Shown in pieces: positions 19,001 to 30,452 of a stretch of DNA of 64,000 bases; position 1 is the stretch's first letter; every line of letters begins with the position of its first letter. The notes beneath the pieces were generated by a model that did no database searches, was not told where the DNA came from, and saw nothing but the letters and a program-made list of their open reading frames with translations. The position numbers were made by a program, and so were the translations under genes. Source of the stretch: Bacteroidales bacterium UBA3754 (GTDB lineage: Bacteria; Bacteroidota; Bacteroidia; Bacteroidales; UBA1715); NCBI GenBank assembly GCA_002371705.1, contig DFGI01000068.1, forward strand, positions 16,911 to 80,910. The letters are read 5' to 3'.

Positions 19001-19795
19001 ATGAAAAAAGTAATTTTAATAGCATCGTCACTCGCATTCTTCTTCGCTTGTAGCGAGGAAAAGACCGAGGCTAACTATAATCGTTGTCCGCAGGCTTCTG
19101 CCGATGATGTTGTAAACACGGTTGCAGATGTTGACGGAAATACATACAAAGTTGTAAAAATCGGTGATTATGAGTGGTTTGCATCAAATCTTAAAACAAC
19201 AAAACTTGCTGACGGTACAGAAATTAAGAATGTAGCCGCCGAAGAAGATTGGGCAAATGCAACAGCCCCCGCCTACTCTACATTCAATAACGAAGACGGC
19301 GCTGAAGTCGTATATAACTACGCTGCCGTACAATCAGGCAATCTTTGTCCAGAAGGTTGGACTGTTCCATCCGACACTGTTGAATGGCTTCAATTGGCAG
19401 CAACATACGCAGGTGTTGAAAATGCTACAGGTTGGGACAAAGTTCCTACCACACTTGGTTGGGACAGCACAAGTTTTGCTGCAAAAGCTGCAGGTTTCCG
19501 TGAAAAGAATGGTAAATTCTACGAAGAAGGAAATATGGGCTTATGGTGGACAAGCACCCCACACAACGAAGCAAATGCGATGTACGTGTTTATGAAAAAC
19601 ATAGGCAATGATTCTAAGAAATATGTGGGATTAAACAAAAGCCACATTGGTAGGACAAAAGGGTTGAGCGTTCGTTGCGTACGCAAATACGAAGCTACAA
19701 ACACCTACTCTACTCCTGAACCAAAAGCAGTTGAATGCACGGCAGACACCATTGCTAATGCAATTGCTGACTCTTTGCAAGCACAACTTCAATAA
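19001..19795 (+). CDS. Lipoprotein with a Fibrobacter succinogenes major paralogous (FISUMP) domain
   Basis: Lipobox FFFAC followed by SEEK. VADVDGNTYKVVKIGDYEWFASNLK, WWTSTP and GLSVRCVRK match the TIGR02145-type domain as I remember it. Confidence 0.7.
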   Translation: MKKVILIASSLAFFFACSEEKTEANYNRCPQASADDVVNTVADVDGNTYKVVKIGDYEWFASNLKTTKLADGTEIKNVAAEEDWANATAPAYSTFNNEDGAEVVYNYAAVQSGNLCPEGWTVPSDTVEWLQLAATYAGVENATGWDKVPTTLGWDSTSFAAKAAGFREKNGKFYEEGNMGLWWTSTPHNEANAMYVFMKNIGNDSKKYVGLNKSHIGRTKGLSVRCVRKYEATNTYSTPEPKAVECTADTIANAIADSLQAQLQ

Positions 19796-19817
19796 CAAAT
19801 TTATTGACGGAACAAAA

Positions 19818-19848
19818 ATCCCGATTGGAAAACCAGTCGGGATTTTTT
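19818..19848 (+). terminator. Intrinsic terminator
   Basis: ATCCCGATTGG / AAAA / CCAGTCGGGAT (11 bp including one G-U pair), followed by TTTTT. Confidence 0.7.
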
Positions 19849-19865
19849 GATTCCAGCCGAATTAT

Positions 19866-19873
19866 TATCTTTG
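19866..19873 (+). promoter_or_regulatory. -7 box TATCTTTG only 4 nt upstream of the rnhA ATG
   Basis: Matches TAnnTTTG. The spacing implies a leaderless or near-leaderless mRNA. Confidence 0.4.
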
Positions 19874-19877
19874 TACT

Positions 19878-20399
19878 ATGGAAACGTGGAAAACAACTGT
19901 ACCGCATATTGAATTATACTCCGATGGTTCTGCCGATCCAAATCCAGGGAAAGGCGGCTATGGCATTATTCTCCGCTACAAGAACATTTCCAAGGAATTT
20001 TCCGAAGGTTTTGAGCTAACGACCAACAATCGTATGGAAATGTTGGGCGTTATTTCTGGTTTGGAAAAACTTAAAACAAAATCAAACGTTACCGTCTATA
20101 CCGATTCCGCCTACGTGGTTGATTCCATAACCAAACGGTGGGTATATAGTTGGAAATCAAAAGGATGGAGAAAATCCGACAGAAAACCAGTGATAAATGT
20201 TGATTTGTGGACACGCCTACTTCCTTTATTGGATTTCCACAATGTAACCTTTGTTTGGATAAAAGGCCACGCTGGACATCCCGAAAACGAACGATGCGAC
20301 GAACTGGCAAAAATGGCTCGTGGCAACGGTCAAATATTAAAAAAGGATGAAGGCTACACCTCCACCCTTGAATCAAATCAAAATCTTTCCTTATTGTAA
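19878..20399 (+). CDS. rnhA: Ribonuclease HI
   Basis: Motifs YSDGSADPNPGKGGYGIIL, TNNRMEMLG, VYTDSAYV and WIKGHAGHPENERCDELA give the DEDD catalytic pattern. Confidence 0.85.
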   Translation: METWKTTVPHIELYSDGSADPNPGKGGYGIILRYKNISKEFSEGFELTTNNRMEMLGVISGLEKLKTKSNVTVYTDSAYVVDSITKRWVYSWKSKGWRKSDRKPVINVDLWTRLLPLLDFHNVTFVWIKGHAGHPENERCDELAKMARGNGQILKKDEGYTSTLESNQNLSLL

Positions 20400-21992
20400 T
20401 TATTTTTTTGCTGTAAGTTTGCTTACCACAAATATGGTAATAGCCGACAACGGGAATGCATAGCATATAGGATCAACCAGCGCAAAATCGCCAGCAAGCA
20501 ACACATCGCTGTCGAACAATGCACGACATAAGCCCACCAGCTTCGCTTCTTTCATATGGAAAAACAACATTCCTATGATTGTTGCCAACGTACCTACCCA
20601 CATACTTGCGTATGCACCCTGTTTTGTTGCTTTTTTCCAATACAATGCACAGAAATACGACGGCAAAAATGCCGATGCGCAGATACCCATAAAAATTGAT
20701 GTCGAGAGTGCAATAATCTGACTTGCATTTCCCTGAAAATAATAACAAATCACAAAGCTCAGGAAAATAGAAATTAAAACAGCCAAACGAATCACAACAG
20801 TTGTTTTTTCTTTCCGTTCTCTTTTTCTACCACCCAACCACGTGCCATAAATATCGTATCCAGCCGCAGCAGCCATTGTATGGAACTGAGCACTTAACGT
20901 TGACATACTTGCCGATAAAATACAGAGCATAAAAATCACCGAGAACCACATTGGCATTGCGCTTCCAATAAAATTCGGAATGATTTCGTCGGATTTAATT
21001 GTACGAAGCACACCACCATCGTTGACTTGCACATCTGAAGCAATGCAACCCTGCGACTGCATATAAAAGATATTAGACAACGAACCAACGTGATAAATAA
21101 CCCCTACTGTGATAAAAATAAATAAACAACCGACAAAAACGCCACGATTCAACTGTTTGGTGCTGTCAACAGTCATAAACCGTATAACCAACTGCGGTTG
21201 TGCCAAACAGCCAATTCCAACTCCAAAAATCAACGAAGTGACCAACGTGTACCATCGTGCCGAGCCAAATACCGGCATTGCTGTCCAACCTTGGTGTCCC
21301 TGTGCTTTCAAATCATTGGGTATTTGGTCGGATAAATCAGTAAGTGCTTGATTTGCATCAGAAAATCCCATTCCTATTTCCTTGTAAAACCAAATCAACA
21401 GGAATATCATACAAATAAACATAATAACCGCCTGCAACGCATCGGTGTACATTACACCTTTCATACCGCCCGCAATCACATACGAAGCTATAATAACCGT
21501 AAACACAAGCAGAGCCAAGTCGAAACTGATACCAAAAATTTCCTGCATAAAGAACACGCCACCACGCATAACAGCTGCGGCATACAACGGCATCCAAATA
21601 AAAATCATAGCCGCAACAAACAAGCGAATTCTATCAGATTTATAACACGAGCCCAAAAATTCAGCAAATGTTGACGATTTAAATTTCGCACCAATTTGGC
21701 GTGTTTTTCTGCCAAAGAAAATAAATGCAATAACCACGCCCACCAACATATTCAAGAAACACAGCCATTGGATGCCCATACCAAACGTGGCGGCAACCCC
21801 ACCAAAACCGACGATTGCCGACGCAGAAATAAACGTAGCGCCATACGACAAAGCCATCACTATCGGATTCATTTTTCCACCTCCGATAAGGAAGTCGCTG
21901 GAATCCTTTGTTTTCTTATAGCCTAAGTAACCCAAAAAAGCGACTGTCAAAAAATAAATAACGACAACCGCATACATTGCAAATCCATCCAT
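20400..21992 (-). CDS. Sodium:solute symporter (SSS) family transporter
   Basis: About 13 TM segments. The SSS-like N-terminal pattern FLIGGGKMNPIVMALSYGATFISASAIVGFGG is present. Substrate is not assignable. Confidence 0.8.
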   Translation of the reverse strand: MDGFAMYAVVVIYFLTVAFLGYLGYKKTKDSSDFLIGGGKMNPIVMALSYGATFISASAIVGFGGVAATFGMGIQWLCFLNMLVGVVIAFIFFGRKTRQIGAKFKSSTFAEFLGSCYKSDRIRLFVAAMIFIWMPLYAAAVMRGGVFFMQEIFGISFDLALLVFTVIIASYVIAGGMKGVMYTDALQAVIMFICMIFLLIWFYKEIGMGFSDANQALTDLSDQIPNDLKAQGHQGWTAMPVFGSARWYTLVTSLIFGVGIGCLAQPQLVIRFMTVDSTKQLNRGVFVGCLFIFITVGVIYHVGSLSNIFYMQSQGCIASDVQVNDGGVLRTIKSDEIIPNFIGSAMPMWFSVIFMLCILSASMSTLSAQFHTMAAAAGYDIYGTWLGGRKRERKEKTTVVIRLAVLISIFLSFVICYYFQGNASQIIALSTSIFMGICASAFLPSYFCALYWKKATKQGAYASMWVGTLATIIGMLFFHMKEAKLVGLCRALFDSDVLLAGDFALVDPICYAFPLSAITIFVVSKLTAKK

Positions 21993-22150
21993 TATTTCTT
22001 CTTATTTTTTTTTCTACGAGGCAAACTTGATATTTCACCTTCCTCATCTTCTTCATTCCAAAATTTGATGCCGAACCATGCGGCAAAAGCAACACAAATG
22101 ACTGATAGTATGTAAACTAACCAAATTTGTGGATCGGGTATTCCAAACAT
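21992..22150 (-). CDS. Small single-TM symporter accessory protein (52 aa; not in the supplied ORF track)
   Basis: My own translation is MFGIPDPQIWLVYILSVICVAFAAWFGIKFWNEEDEEGEISSLPRRKKNKKK. Its stop overlaps the symporter start as TAATG. It has one TM helix plus a charged tail. Confidence 0.55.
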   Translation of the reverse strand: MFGIPDPQIWLVYILSVICVAFAAWFGIKFWNEEDEEGEISSLPRRKKNKKK

Positions 22151-22154
22151 ACGA

Positions 22155-22580
22155 CTAAAAATTTATAAGTTCCGCTTCGGAAAGCGTGTTCAAATTATTC
22201 TTTTGAGCCACCTCGTTCGCCTGCGCCATATTGCTGGAACGAATCACAAGAATTGATTTCTGGTTAAAGGAGAAACAATACATATATTCTATTGTAATAC
22301 CAGCTTGCGTAAATTTATCAATTGTTTCCGACAATTGTCCAATGCACGAATCAACAGAAATCGCAACCACTTCGTTCATATTTGCGGAAACTTTATGTTC
22401 AATCAACTTTTGAAACGCCTTTTGCTGGTCGGTCGTTATGATTCTCAATATGCCATAATCCGAGGTGTCGGCAACAGTTGCCGCAATCACACGAATATTT
22501 TCGTGACGAAGAATCGAAAGAATTTCGCTCAAGCGTCCGAACTTATTCTCCAAAAAAATTGATATTTGATTGATAGTCAT
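22155..22580 (-). CDS. ACT-domain (amino-acid-binding) protein
   Basis: Two ACT-like halves: ISIFLENKFGRLSEILSILRHENIRVIAATVADTSDYGILRII and VVAISVDSCIGQLSETIDKFTQAGITIEYMY. Confidence 0.7.
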   Translation of the reverse strand: MTINQISIFLENKFGRLSEILSILRHENIRVIAATVADTSDYGILRIITTDQQKAFQKLIEHKVSANMNEVVAISVDSCIGQLSETIDKFTQAGITIEYMYCFSFNQKSILVIRSSNMAQANEVAQKNNLNTLSEAELINF

Positions 22581-22609
22581 AAAATTATAATTTACAAGTT
22601 ATTTGCACA

Positions 22610-23923
22610 TTAATGATTTTTCCTGAAATCCTTTACACGGACAGCCTTGCCTTCCGATTGTGGAATAGAGCCTTTCTCAACCAATTTCACGCGTGGAGTC
22701 AAAAGAATTTCGTCCTTCAACTGACGGGTAATTTCTTTCGTAAGATTTTGCAATTTCGTGTAATCGCTAATTGTAATATCTTCGCCCACTTCAACTTCCA
22801 CGGTCATTTCATCATTGTTGGAAACAGTGTCGATTGTTATCAGGTAATTCATACCCAACTCTTTGAACCCCATTAAAATACGTTCAATTTGAATTGGGAA
22901 AATATTAACACCTTTTACAATAATCATATCGTCGCTACGACCTTTGAAACGGTCAAGACGGCGGTGGGTTCTACCACATGGACAATCGCCTGGAATAAAA
23001 CGTGTTAAATCGCGCGTTCTGTAACGGAACAGCGGCATAGCCTCACGGTTTATTGTTGTCAACACCAATTCGCCCACTTCACCTTCAGGAACAGGCTGCA
23101 ATGTAACGGGGTCAAGTATTTCAGGAATTACAAAGTCCTCCCAAATATGCAGACCATTCTGTTCTTTGCATTCAAAAGCGACACCCGGTCCGTTCATTTC
23201 CGACATACCAAAACAGTTATACGCCTTAATGCCAAACAATTGCTCAATACGTTGACGTTGTTCTTCGGAATGTGGTTCTGCCCCCAAGCAGAAAATCCGC
23301 AATTTTGTGTCTTTTCTTGGGTCGATGCCCATTTCGTAGAACACTTCGGCCAAGCGGGTTGCATAACTTGGAATGGCGTGGATTATAGTCGTTCCAAAAT
23401 CCATAATAAATTTAATCTGACGCTTGCTGTTACCCGCAGCCGCAGGAACTGTCACCGCTCCTAATTTTTCTGCTCCGTACTGGTATCCCAAACCGCCAGT
23501 GAACATTCCGTAACCAGATGTGTTTTGGAACACATCAGTATTTCGGCAGCCAACCATATACATACAACGTGCTACTTGGTCAGCCCATTGGTCAAGGTCA
23601 CGCTGCGAATGAGCAACAACCGTCGGATTTCCCGTAGTTCCGCTCGAAGAATGCACACGCACAACTTTTTCCATTGGCACAGACACCAATCCAAATGGAT
23701 AATGGCTACGCAAATCCTCTTTCGTAGTAAAAGGGAAACGTTGCAAATCCTCCAACGACTTAATGCTTTCGGGAGTAATGTTGTATTTCTTAAAAACTTC
23801 GCTGTAATATGGAGAATTTTGAGCTATCTCCACTGTTTTGCGCAACCGTTCAATTTGTAATTTTTCCAAATTTGGACGACTCATCGTCTCCAATTCTTCA
23901 TTCCAATATTCTGTAGAAGCCAT
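22610..23923 (-). CDS. paaK: Phenylacetate-CoA ligase family (PaaK-like adenylate-forming enzyme)
   Basis: YWNEELETMSRPNLEKLQIERLRKTV, AMP-binding motif SSSGTTGNPTV, and a C-terminal KGRSDDMIIVKGVNIFP. Confidence 0.85.
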   Translation of the reverse strand: MASTEYWNEELETMSRPNLEKLQIERLRKTVEIAQNSPYYSEVFKKYNITPESIKSLEDLQRFPFTTKEDLRSHYPFGLVSVPMEKVVRVHSSSGTTGNPTVVAHSQRDLDQWADQVARCMYMVGCRNTDVFQNTSGYGMFTGGLGYQYGAEKLGAVTVPAAAGNSKRQIKFIMDFGTTIIHAIPSYATRLAEVFYEMGIDPRKDTKLRIFCLGAEPHSEEQRQRIEQLFGIKAYNCFGMSEMNGPGVAFECKEQNGLHIWEDFVIPEILDPVTLQPVPEGEVGELVLTTINREAMPLFRYRTRDLTRFIPGDCPCGRTHRRLDRFKGRSDDMIIVKGVNIFPIQIERILMGFKELGMNYLITIDTVSNNDEMTVEVEVGEDITISDYTKLQNLTKEITRQLKDEILLTPRVKLVEKGSIPQSEGKAVRVKDFRKNH

Positions 23924-24034
23924 TCTATTTAAAACTTTTTCGAGTCAAATAATTAAACATACAAAAGTACAGATTTTACTTGAATTTCGGCATAGATTTT
24001 CGTTTATTTATAAAATAATGATGAAAACGGCAAT

Positions 24035-24061
24035 AAAAAAGGCTACCACTATGGCAGCCTT
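24035..24061 (-). terminator. Probable intrinsic terminator after the ABC-F gene
   Basis: The minus strand reads AAGGCTGCC ATAGT GGTAGCCTT (one mismatch), followed by TTTTTT. Confidence 0.45.
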
Positions 24062-24084
24062 ATAAATCAAAACCATATTTTAGT

Positions 24085-26897
<2,813 letters not shown>

Positions 26898-27022
26898 TCC
26901 ATAATTATTAATAAACAAAGATATAATCTTTTTTCTTTGAACTCTTTTACAACAGACTTGTTTTTGAATCAAAAAACGTATATTTGTAAGGATAAATGTA
27001 TTACAAACTAAAATTTTGAAGT

Positions 27023-27268
27023 ATGGTATTAGGTCTTTTGTTATCACTTGCAATTGGCGCATTAGCGGGATTTATAGGAAGCAAAATCTTCAGTGGCGCT
27101 GGTAAAGGTTTATTGATCAACCTTTTAATTGGTATTGTCGGCGGATTTTTAGGCGGCTGGTTGTTTGGTTTGATTGGTATTGGAGGCGGCGGTCTTCTTT
27201 GGCAATTAATTAGCGCAACGGTTGGCGCAATCGCTTTGCTATGGATAATTTCCCTTATTAAGAAATAA
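27023..27268 (+). CDS. GlsB/YeaQ/YmgE (transglycosylase-associated) small membrane stress protein
   Basis: 81 aa. Gly-rich TM repeats LAIGALAGFIGSKIF and LLIGIVGGFLGGWLFG. Confidence 0.85.
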   Translation: MVLGLLLSLAIGALAGFIGSKIFSGAGKGLLINLLIGIVGGFLGGWLFGLIGIGGGGLLWQLISATVGAIALLWIISLIKK

Positions 27269-27279
27269 TTTTGCAAGAG

Positions 27280-27306
27280 GAAAGCGCGGAAAGCGCTTTC
27301 TTTTGT
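27280..27306 (+). terminator. Intrinsic terminator
   Basis: GAAAGCGC / GGAAA / GCGCTTTC, followed by TTTTGT. It ends directly at the next ATG (27307). Confidence 0.65.
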
Positions 27307-27780
27307 ATGAAGCGATTATACATATATATAATTGTACTACTTGCCTTGGCAAGTTGTCACAATACTTATCCGGAATACGACAATGTTCCGCGCGTGGAAT
27401 TTTTGTATGCGCCCGTGGCGAGCGATTCCGCCGACAATAAAATCCTATTTTCATTTATGTTGTACGACGGCGACGGAAATTTCGGGTTGGAGGCAAAAGA
27501 CACCATAGCACCATATATTGACACCTTCCAACAGAATTTTTATGCGACCGCCTACTCCATACATGACGGAAACTCTTCGCAATTACCCTACAATTTCAGT
27601 TATAGAATCCCCCGTTTGCGTGCCGAAAACCAGCACAAATTCATTAAAGCGAAGGTATGTATCGACATCACACTCGCAAAATCAGCATTTCCATACGACA
27701 GTGTATTTTTCACTTACTTTGTGTACGACAGGGATTTACAGAAAAGCAACGTTGACACAAGTTCAATCATAACCTTCTAA
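27307..27780 (+). CDS. Hypothetical lipoprotein
   Basis: MKRLYIYIIVLLALASC lipobox from the internal ATG. No acidic export signal follows the Cys. No family recognised. Confidence 0.5.
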   Translation: MKRLYIYIIVLLALASCHNTYPEYDNVPRVEFLYAPVASDSADNKILFSFMLYDGDGNFGLEAKDTIAPYIDTFQQNFYATAYSIHDGNSSQLPYNFSYRIPRLRAENQHKFIKAKVCIDITLAKSAFPYDSVFFTYFVYDRDLQKSNVDTSSIITF

Positions 27781-27787
27781 AAAAAAT

Positions 27788-27815
27788 GGAGGGACAACGG
27801 AAACGCTGTCCCTCC
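27788..27815 (+). terminator. GC-rich hairpin after the lipoprotein gene (no U-tract)
   Basis: GGAGGGACA ... TGTCCCTCC. It lacks a following T-run, so its terminator function is uncertain. Confidence 0.35.
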
Positions 27816-27978
27816 GAGAGGTGTGTAAGATACAGTAATTTCTCCGCAACAAATATACACTTTTTTATAGATATAAAAATCTTTTTTACGTTTTTAATGC
27901 CAAAGCCCTCAAAAAACACGTTATTTTAATGTTAATAACTTATTCCATCACTTTTCCGTTTAATTCAATAAAATAAAT

Positions 27979-27986
27979 TACTTTTG
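27979..27986 (+). promoter_or_regulatory. -7 box TACTTTTG for the DUF3276 gene (and possibly pyrBI by read-through)
   Basis: Matches TAnnTTTG, 29 nt upstream of the ATG at 28016. Confidence 0.4.
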
Positions 27987-28015
27987 AAAAAGTAGTAAGA
28001 TTTAAGTAGAACGAT

Positions 28016-28324
28016 ATGGAGAATTCAAATCAAATGGACAGAGAGGAAGTGTTTTCCAAGCCTGTCAAAGCTGGGAAACGGACATATTTTTTTGATGTGA
28101 AGAAAACAAAAAACAACGATTATTTTCTAACCATCACCGAAAGTAAACGAATTTCGGACGGAGAGGACGGCGTTTCGTATGAGAAACACAAAATTTTCCT
28201 CTATCAGGAAGATTTCGAGAAGTTTTTGAGCGGAATGAACGAAGCTGTGGATTTCGTCACTGCGGAAAATCCGAATTTCGTGCCAAGAAGCGCATCGAAA
28301 GATGATTCAGATTTTAGTTTTTAA
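28016..28324 (+). CDS. PUR-alpha-like DNA/RNA-binding protein (DUF3276)
   Basis: VFSKPVKAGKRTYFFDVKKTKNNDYFLTITESKR and EKHKIFLYQEDFEKFLSGMNEAV match my recollection of DUF3276/PUR repeats. Confidence 0.65.
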   Translation: MENSNQMDREEVFSKPVKAGKRTYFFDVKKTKNNDYFLTITESKRISDGEDGVSYEKHKIFLYQEDFEKFLSGMNEAVDFVTAENPNFVPRSASKDDSDFSF

Positions 28325-28334
28325 GTAACAAATT

Positions 28335-28362
28335 GAGCTGGTTTTTCGCCAGCTCTTTTTTT
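28335..28362 (+). terminator. Intrinsic terminator / possible pyrBI attenuator
   Basis: GAGCTGG / TTTTTCG / CCAGCTC, followed by T7. It ends 10 nt before the pyrB ATG. Confidence 0.7.
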
Positions 28363-28372
28363 ATATTGTAGT

Positions 28373-29287
28373 ATGAATAAAGCAAAAAGTTTAGTATCAA
28401 TCACCGATTTCGATGTTGAAGAATATCTAAAAATTCTTGAACTTGCGGCAAAATTCGAAGCAAACAGCTATCGTAATGTATTGAACGGCAGAGTAATAGC
28501 ATCACTGTTTTTTGAGCCATCAACTCGGACAAGACTCAGTTTCGAAAGTGCCATCAATCGGTTAGGCGGTCGTGTCATCGGTTTTTCCGACATTGAAACA
28601 ACAAGTTCCACCAAAGGAGAAACGCTCCACGACACCATCAAAATCATTTCGAACTACTGCGACCTGATTGTGATGCGCCATCCTCTTGAGGGCGCGGCAA
28701 AATTCGCAAGCGAAGTCGCAAACGTGCCAATCATCAATGCGGGCGACGGCGCAAACCAGCACCCCACGCAAACATTGCTCGACATGTATTCCATCACAAA
28801 AACGCAGGGAACGCTGAGCAACCTGTCGATTGCACTCATCGGAGATTTAAAATATGGCAGGACCGTCCACTCGCTCATTATGGCAATGAAACATTTCAAC
28901 CCAACATTCCATTTGGTGGCACCACCCGAACTTGCTCTTCCAAACGAATACAAAACAATTTTGAAGGAAAACAACATCCCGTTCTACGAGCATACCGACA
29001 TGAGTTCTGTGTTGAACGAAGTTGACATTGTTTATATGACGCGTGTGCAAAAAGAACGTTTTTCGGACCTGATGGAATACGAAAAAACAAAAAACACCTA
29101 CATTCTCCGAAACGAAATGCTCGCCCACACCAAGGCGAATATGAAGATTCTCCACCCGCTTCCACGAGTGAACGAAATTCAACAGGATGTTGACGAGAAT
29201 CCAAAGGCATATTATTTTGAACAAGCGCGAAACGGCGTGTTCACCCGTCAGGCAATCATCAGTTATCTATTACAATTAAACGTATAA
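28373..29287 (+). CDS. pyrB: Aspartate carbamoyltransferase catalytic subunit
   Basis: Motifs [23 protein letters not shown] and HPLPRVNEI. Confidence 0.92.
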   Translation: MNKAKSLVSITDFDVEEYLKILELAAKFEANSYRNVLNGRVIASLFFEPSTRTRLSFESAINRLGGRVIGFSDIETTSSTKGETLHDTIKIISNYCDLIVMRHPLEGAAKFASEVANVPIINAGDGANQHPTQTLLDMYSITKTQGTLSNLSIALIGDLKYGRTVHSLIMAMKHFNPTFHLVAPPELALPNEYKTILKENNIPFYEHTDMSSVLNEVDIVYMTRVQKERFSDLMEYEKTKNTYILRNEMLAHTKANMKILHPLPRVNEIQQDVDENPKAYYFEQARNGVFTRQAIISYLLQLNV

Positions 29288-29290
29288 AAA

Positions 29291-29758
29291 ATGGGAAATA
29301 TTCAAGGAAAACAAATGGTTGTCAGTGCGATTCAAAACGGAACCGTAATTGACCACATACCAAGTAAAAATCTGTTTAAGGTTATTTCCATTCTGAAACT
29401 TGAGAACATCGACACACAAATAACCTTCGGGCTCAATCTTGAAAGCAAAAAATTGGGCAGCAAAGCGATTATAAAAATTGCGGACAAATTCTTTATGCAG
29501 GACGAAATAAACAAAATCGCAATCCTTGCCCCCGAAGCTAAACTGAGCATTATAAAAGATTACCAAATAGTTGAGAAAAAGGTACTTACCTGTCCTGACC
29601 AAGTACAAGGAATCACAAGATGCTTTAATCCAAAATGTGTGACGAACCATCAAAATATCACTCCAAAATTCACCGTGATAGAAAAAAGTCCGAACGTAAG
29701 TCTTCGTTGTGAATATTGCGAAAAAATCACCGATTTTGAGCATTTTAAATTCATATAG
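29291..29758 (+). CDS. pyrI: Aspartate carbamoyltransferase regulatory subunit
   Basis: VSAIQNGTVIDHIP plus the C-terminal zinc motif CFNPKC...CEYCEK. It lies immediately downstream of pyrB. Confidence 0.9.
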   Translation: MGNIQGKQMVVSAIQNGTVIDHIPSKNLFKVISILKLENIDTQITFGLNLESKKLGSKAIIKIADKFFMQDEINKIAILAPEAKLSIIKDYQIVEKKVLTCPDQVQGITRCFNPKCVTNHQNITPKFTVIEKSPNVSLRCEYCEKITDFEHFKFI

Positions 29759-29759
29759 C

Positions 29760-30452
29760 ATGAAACAAACCGCCAGTATTGTCATACTCTTTTTTTCGCT
29801 CGTGCTTTCCACGCAAAGCTACGCGCAAATCCGGGTGGCGTGTATTGGCAACAGCATCACCGCTGGCTTTGGACTTGAGCACCCCGAACAAGACGCCTAT
29901 CCCGCCGTACTCGGTAAACTCCTTGACTCTGAATTTCCGAACACATTTGAAGTCAGAAATTTTGGAGTCAGCGCACGTACCTTGCTTTTTAAAGGCGATA
30001 TGCCCTGGGTAAATGAACCGGCTTTCAAAGACGTTCTAAACTATATGCCTCACTACATTTTTATAAAACTGGGGACAAACGATACGAAACCGCACAACTG
30101 GCAATATAAAGACGAATTTCGAATGGATTTGCAAACGCTGATAGCTATGATACAAGACTCTGACACATTACGTCCGCAAATCATTCTGTGCGCCCCTATT
30201 CCCGTGTACCCAAACAATTGGGGAATCCGCGATGAAATTTTGGTTAATGAAATCATTCCCATCATACAATCTGTTGCAAAAGACAATAACCTTCGTTTTA
30301 TCGACTTGCATACAAATATGGCAAACAATTTGTACTTAGATGATAATGTGCATCCAAATATTGAAGGTTCCAAAGTCATTGCTCAAAAAATCTTCAATTC
30401 GGTTTTTTACAATAGTGAAATAGTTAAATCGTTAAAGAATAACGAAAAATGA
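29760..30452 (+). CDS. SGNH/GDSL-type hydrolase (secreted)
   Basis: Signal peptide from the ATG at 29760. Block I VACIGNSITAG, and block V DDNVHPN. Confidence 0.8.
   Translation: MKQTASIVILFFSLVLSTQSYAQIRVACIGNSITAGFGLEHPEQDAYPAVLGKLLDSEFPNTFEVRNFGVSARTLLFKGDMPWVNEPAFKDVLNYMPHYIFIKLGTNDTKPHNWQYKDEFRMDLQTLIAMIQDSDTLRPQIILCAPIPVYPNNWGIRDEILVNEIIPIIQSVAKDNNLRFIDLHTNMANNLYLDDNVHPNIEGSKVIAQKIFNSVFYNSEIVKSLKNNEK

Noticed and set aside
27001-27276. 91-aa Pro-rich minus-strand ORF (PPPPIPIKPNNQPPKNPP)
   Set aside because: It is the reverse-complement artefact of the Gly-rich GlsB/YeaQ membrane protein gene (GGN codons read as NCC).
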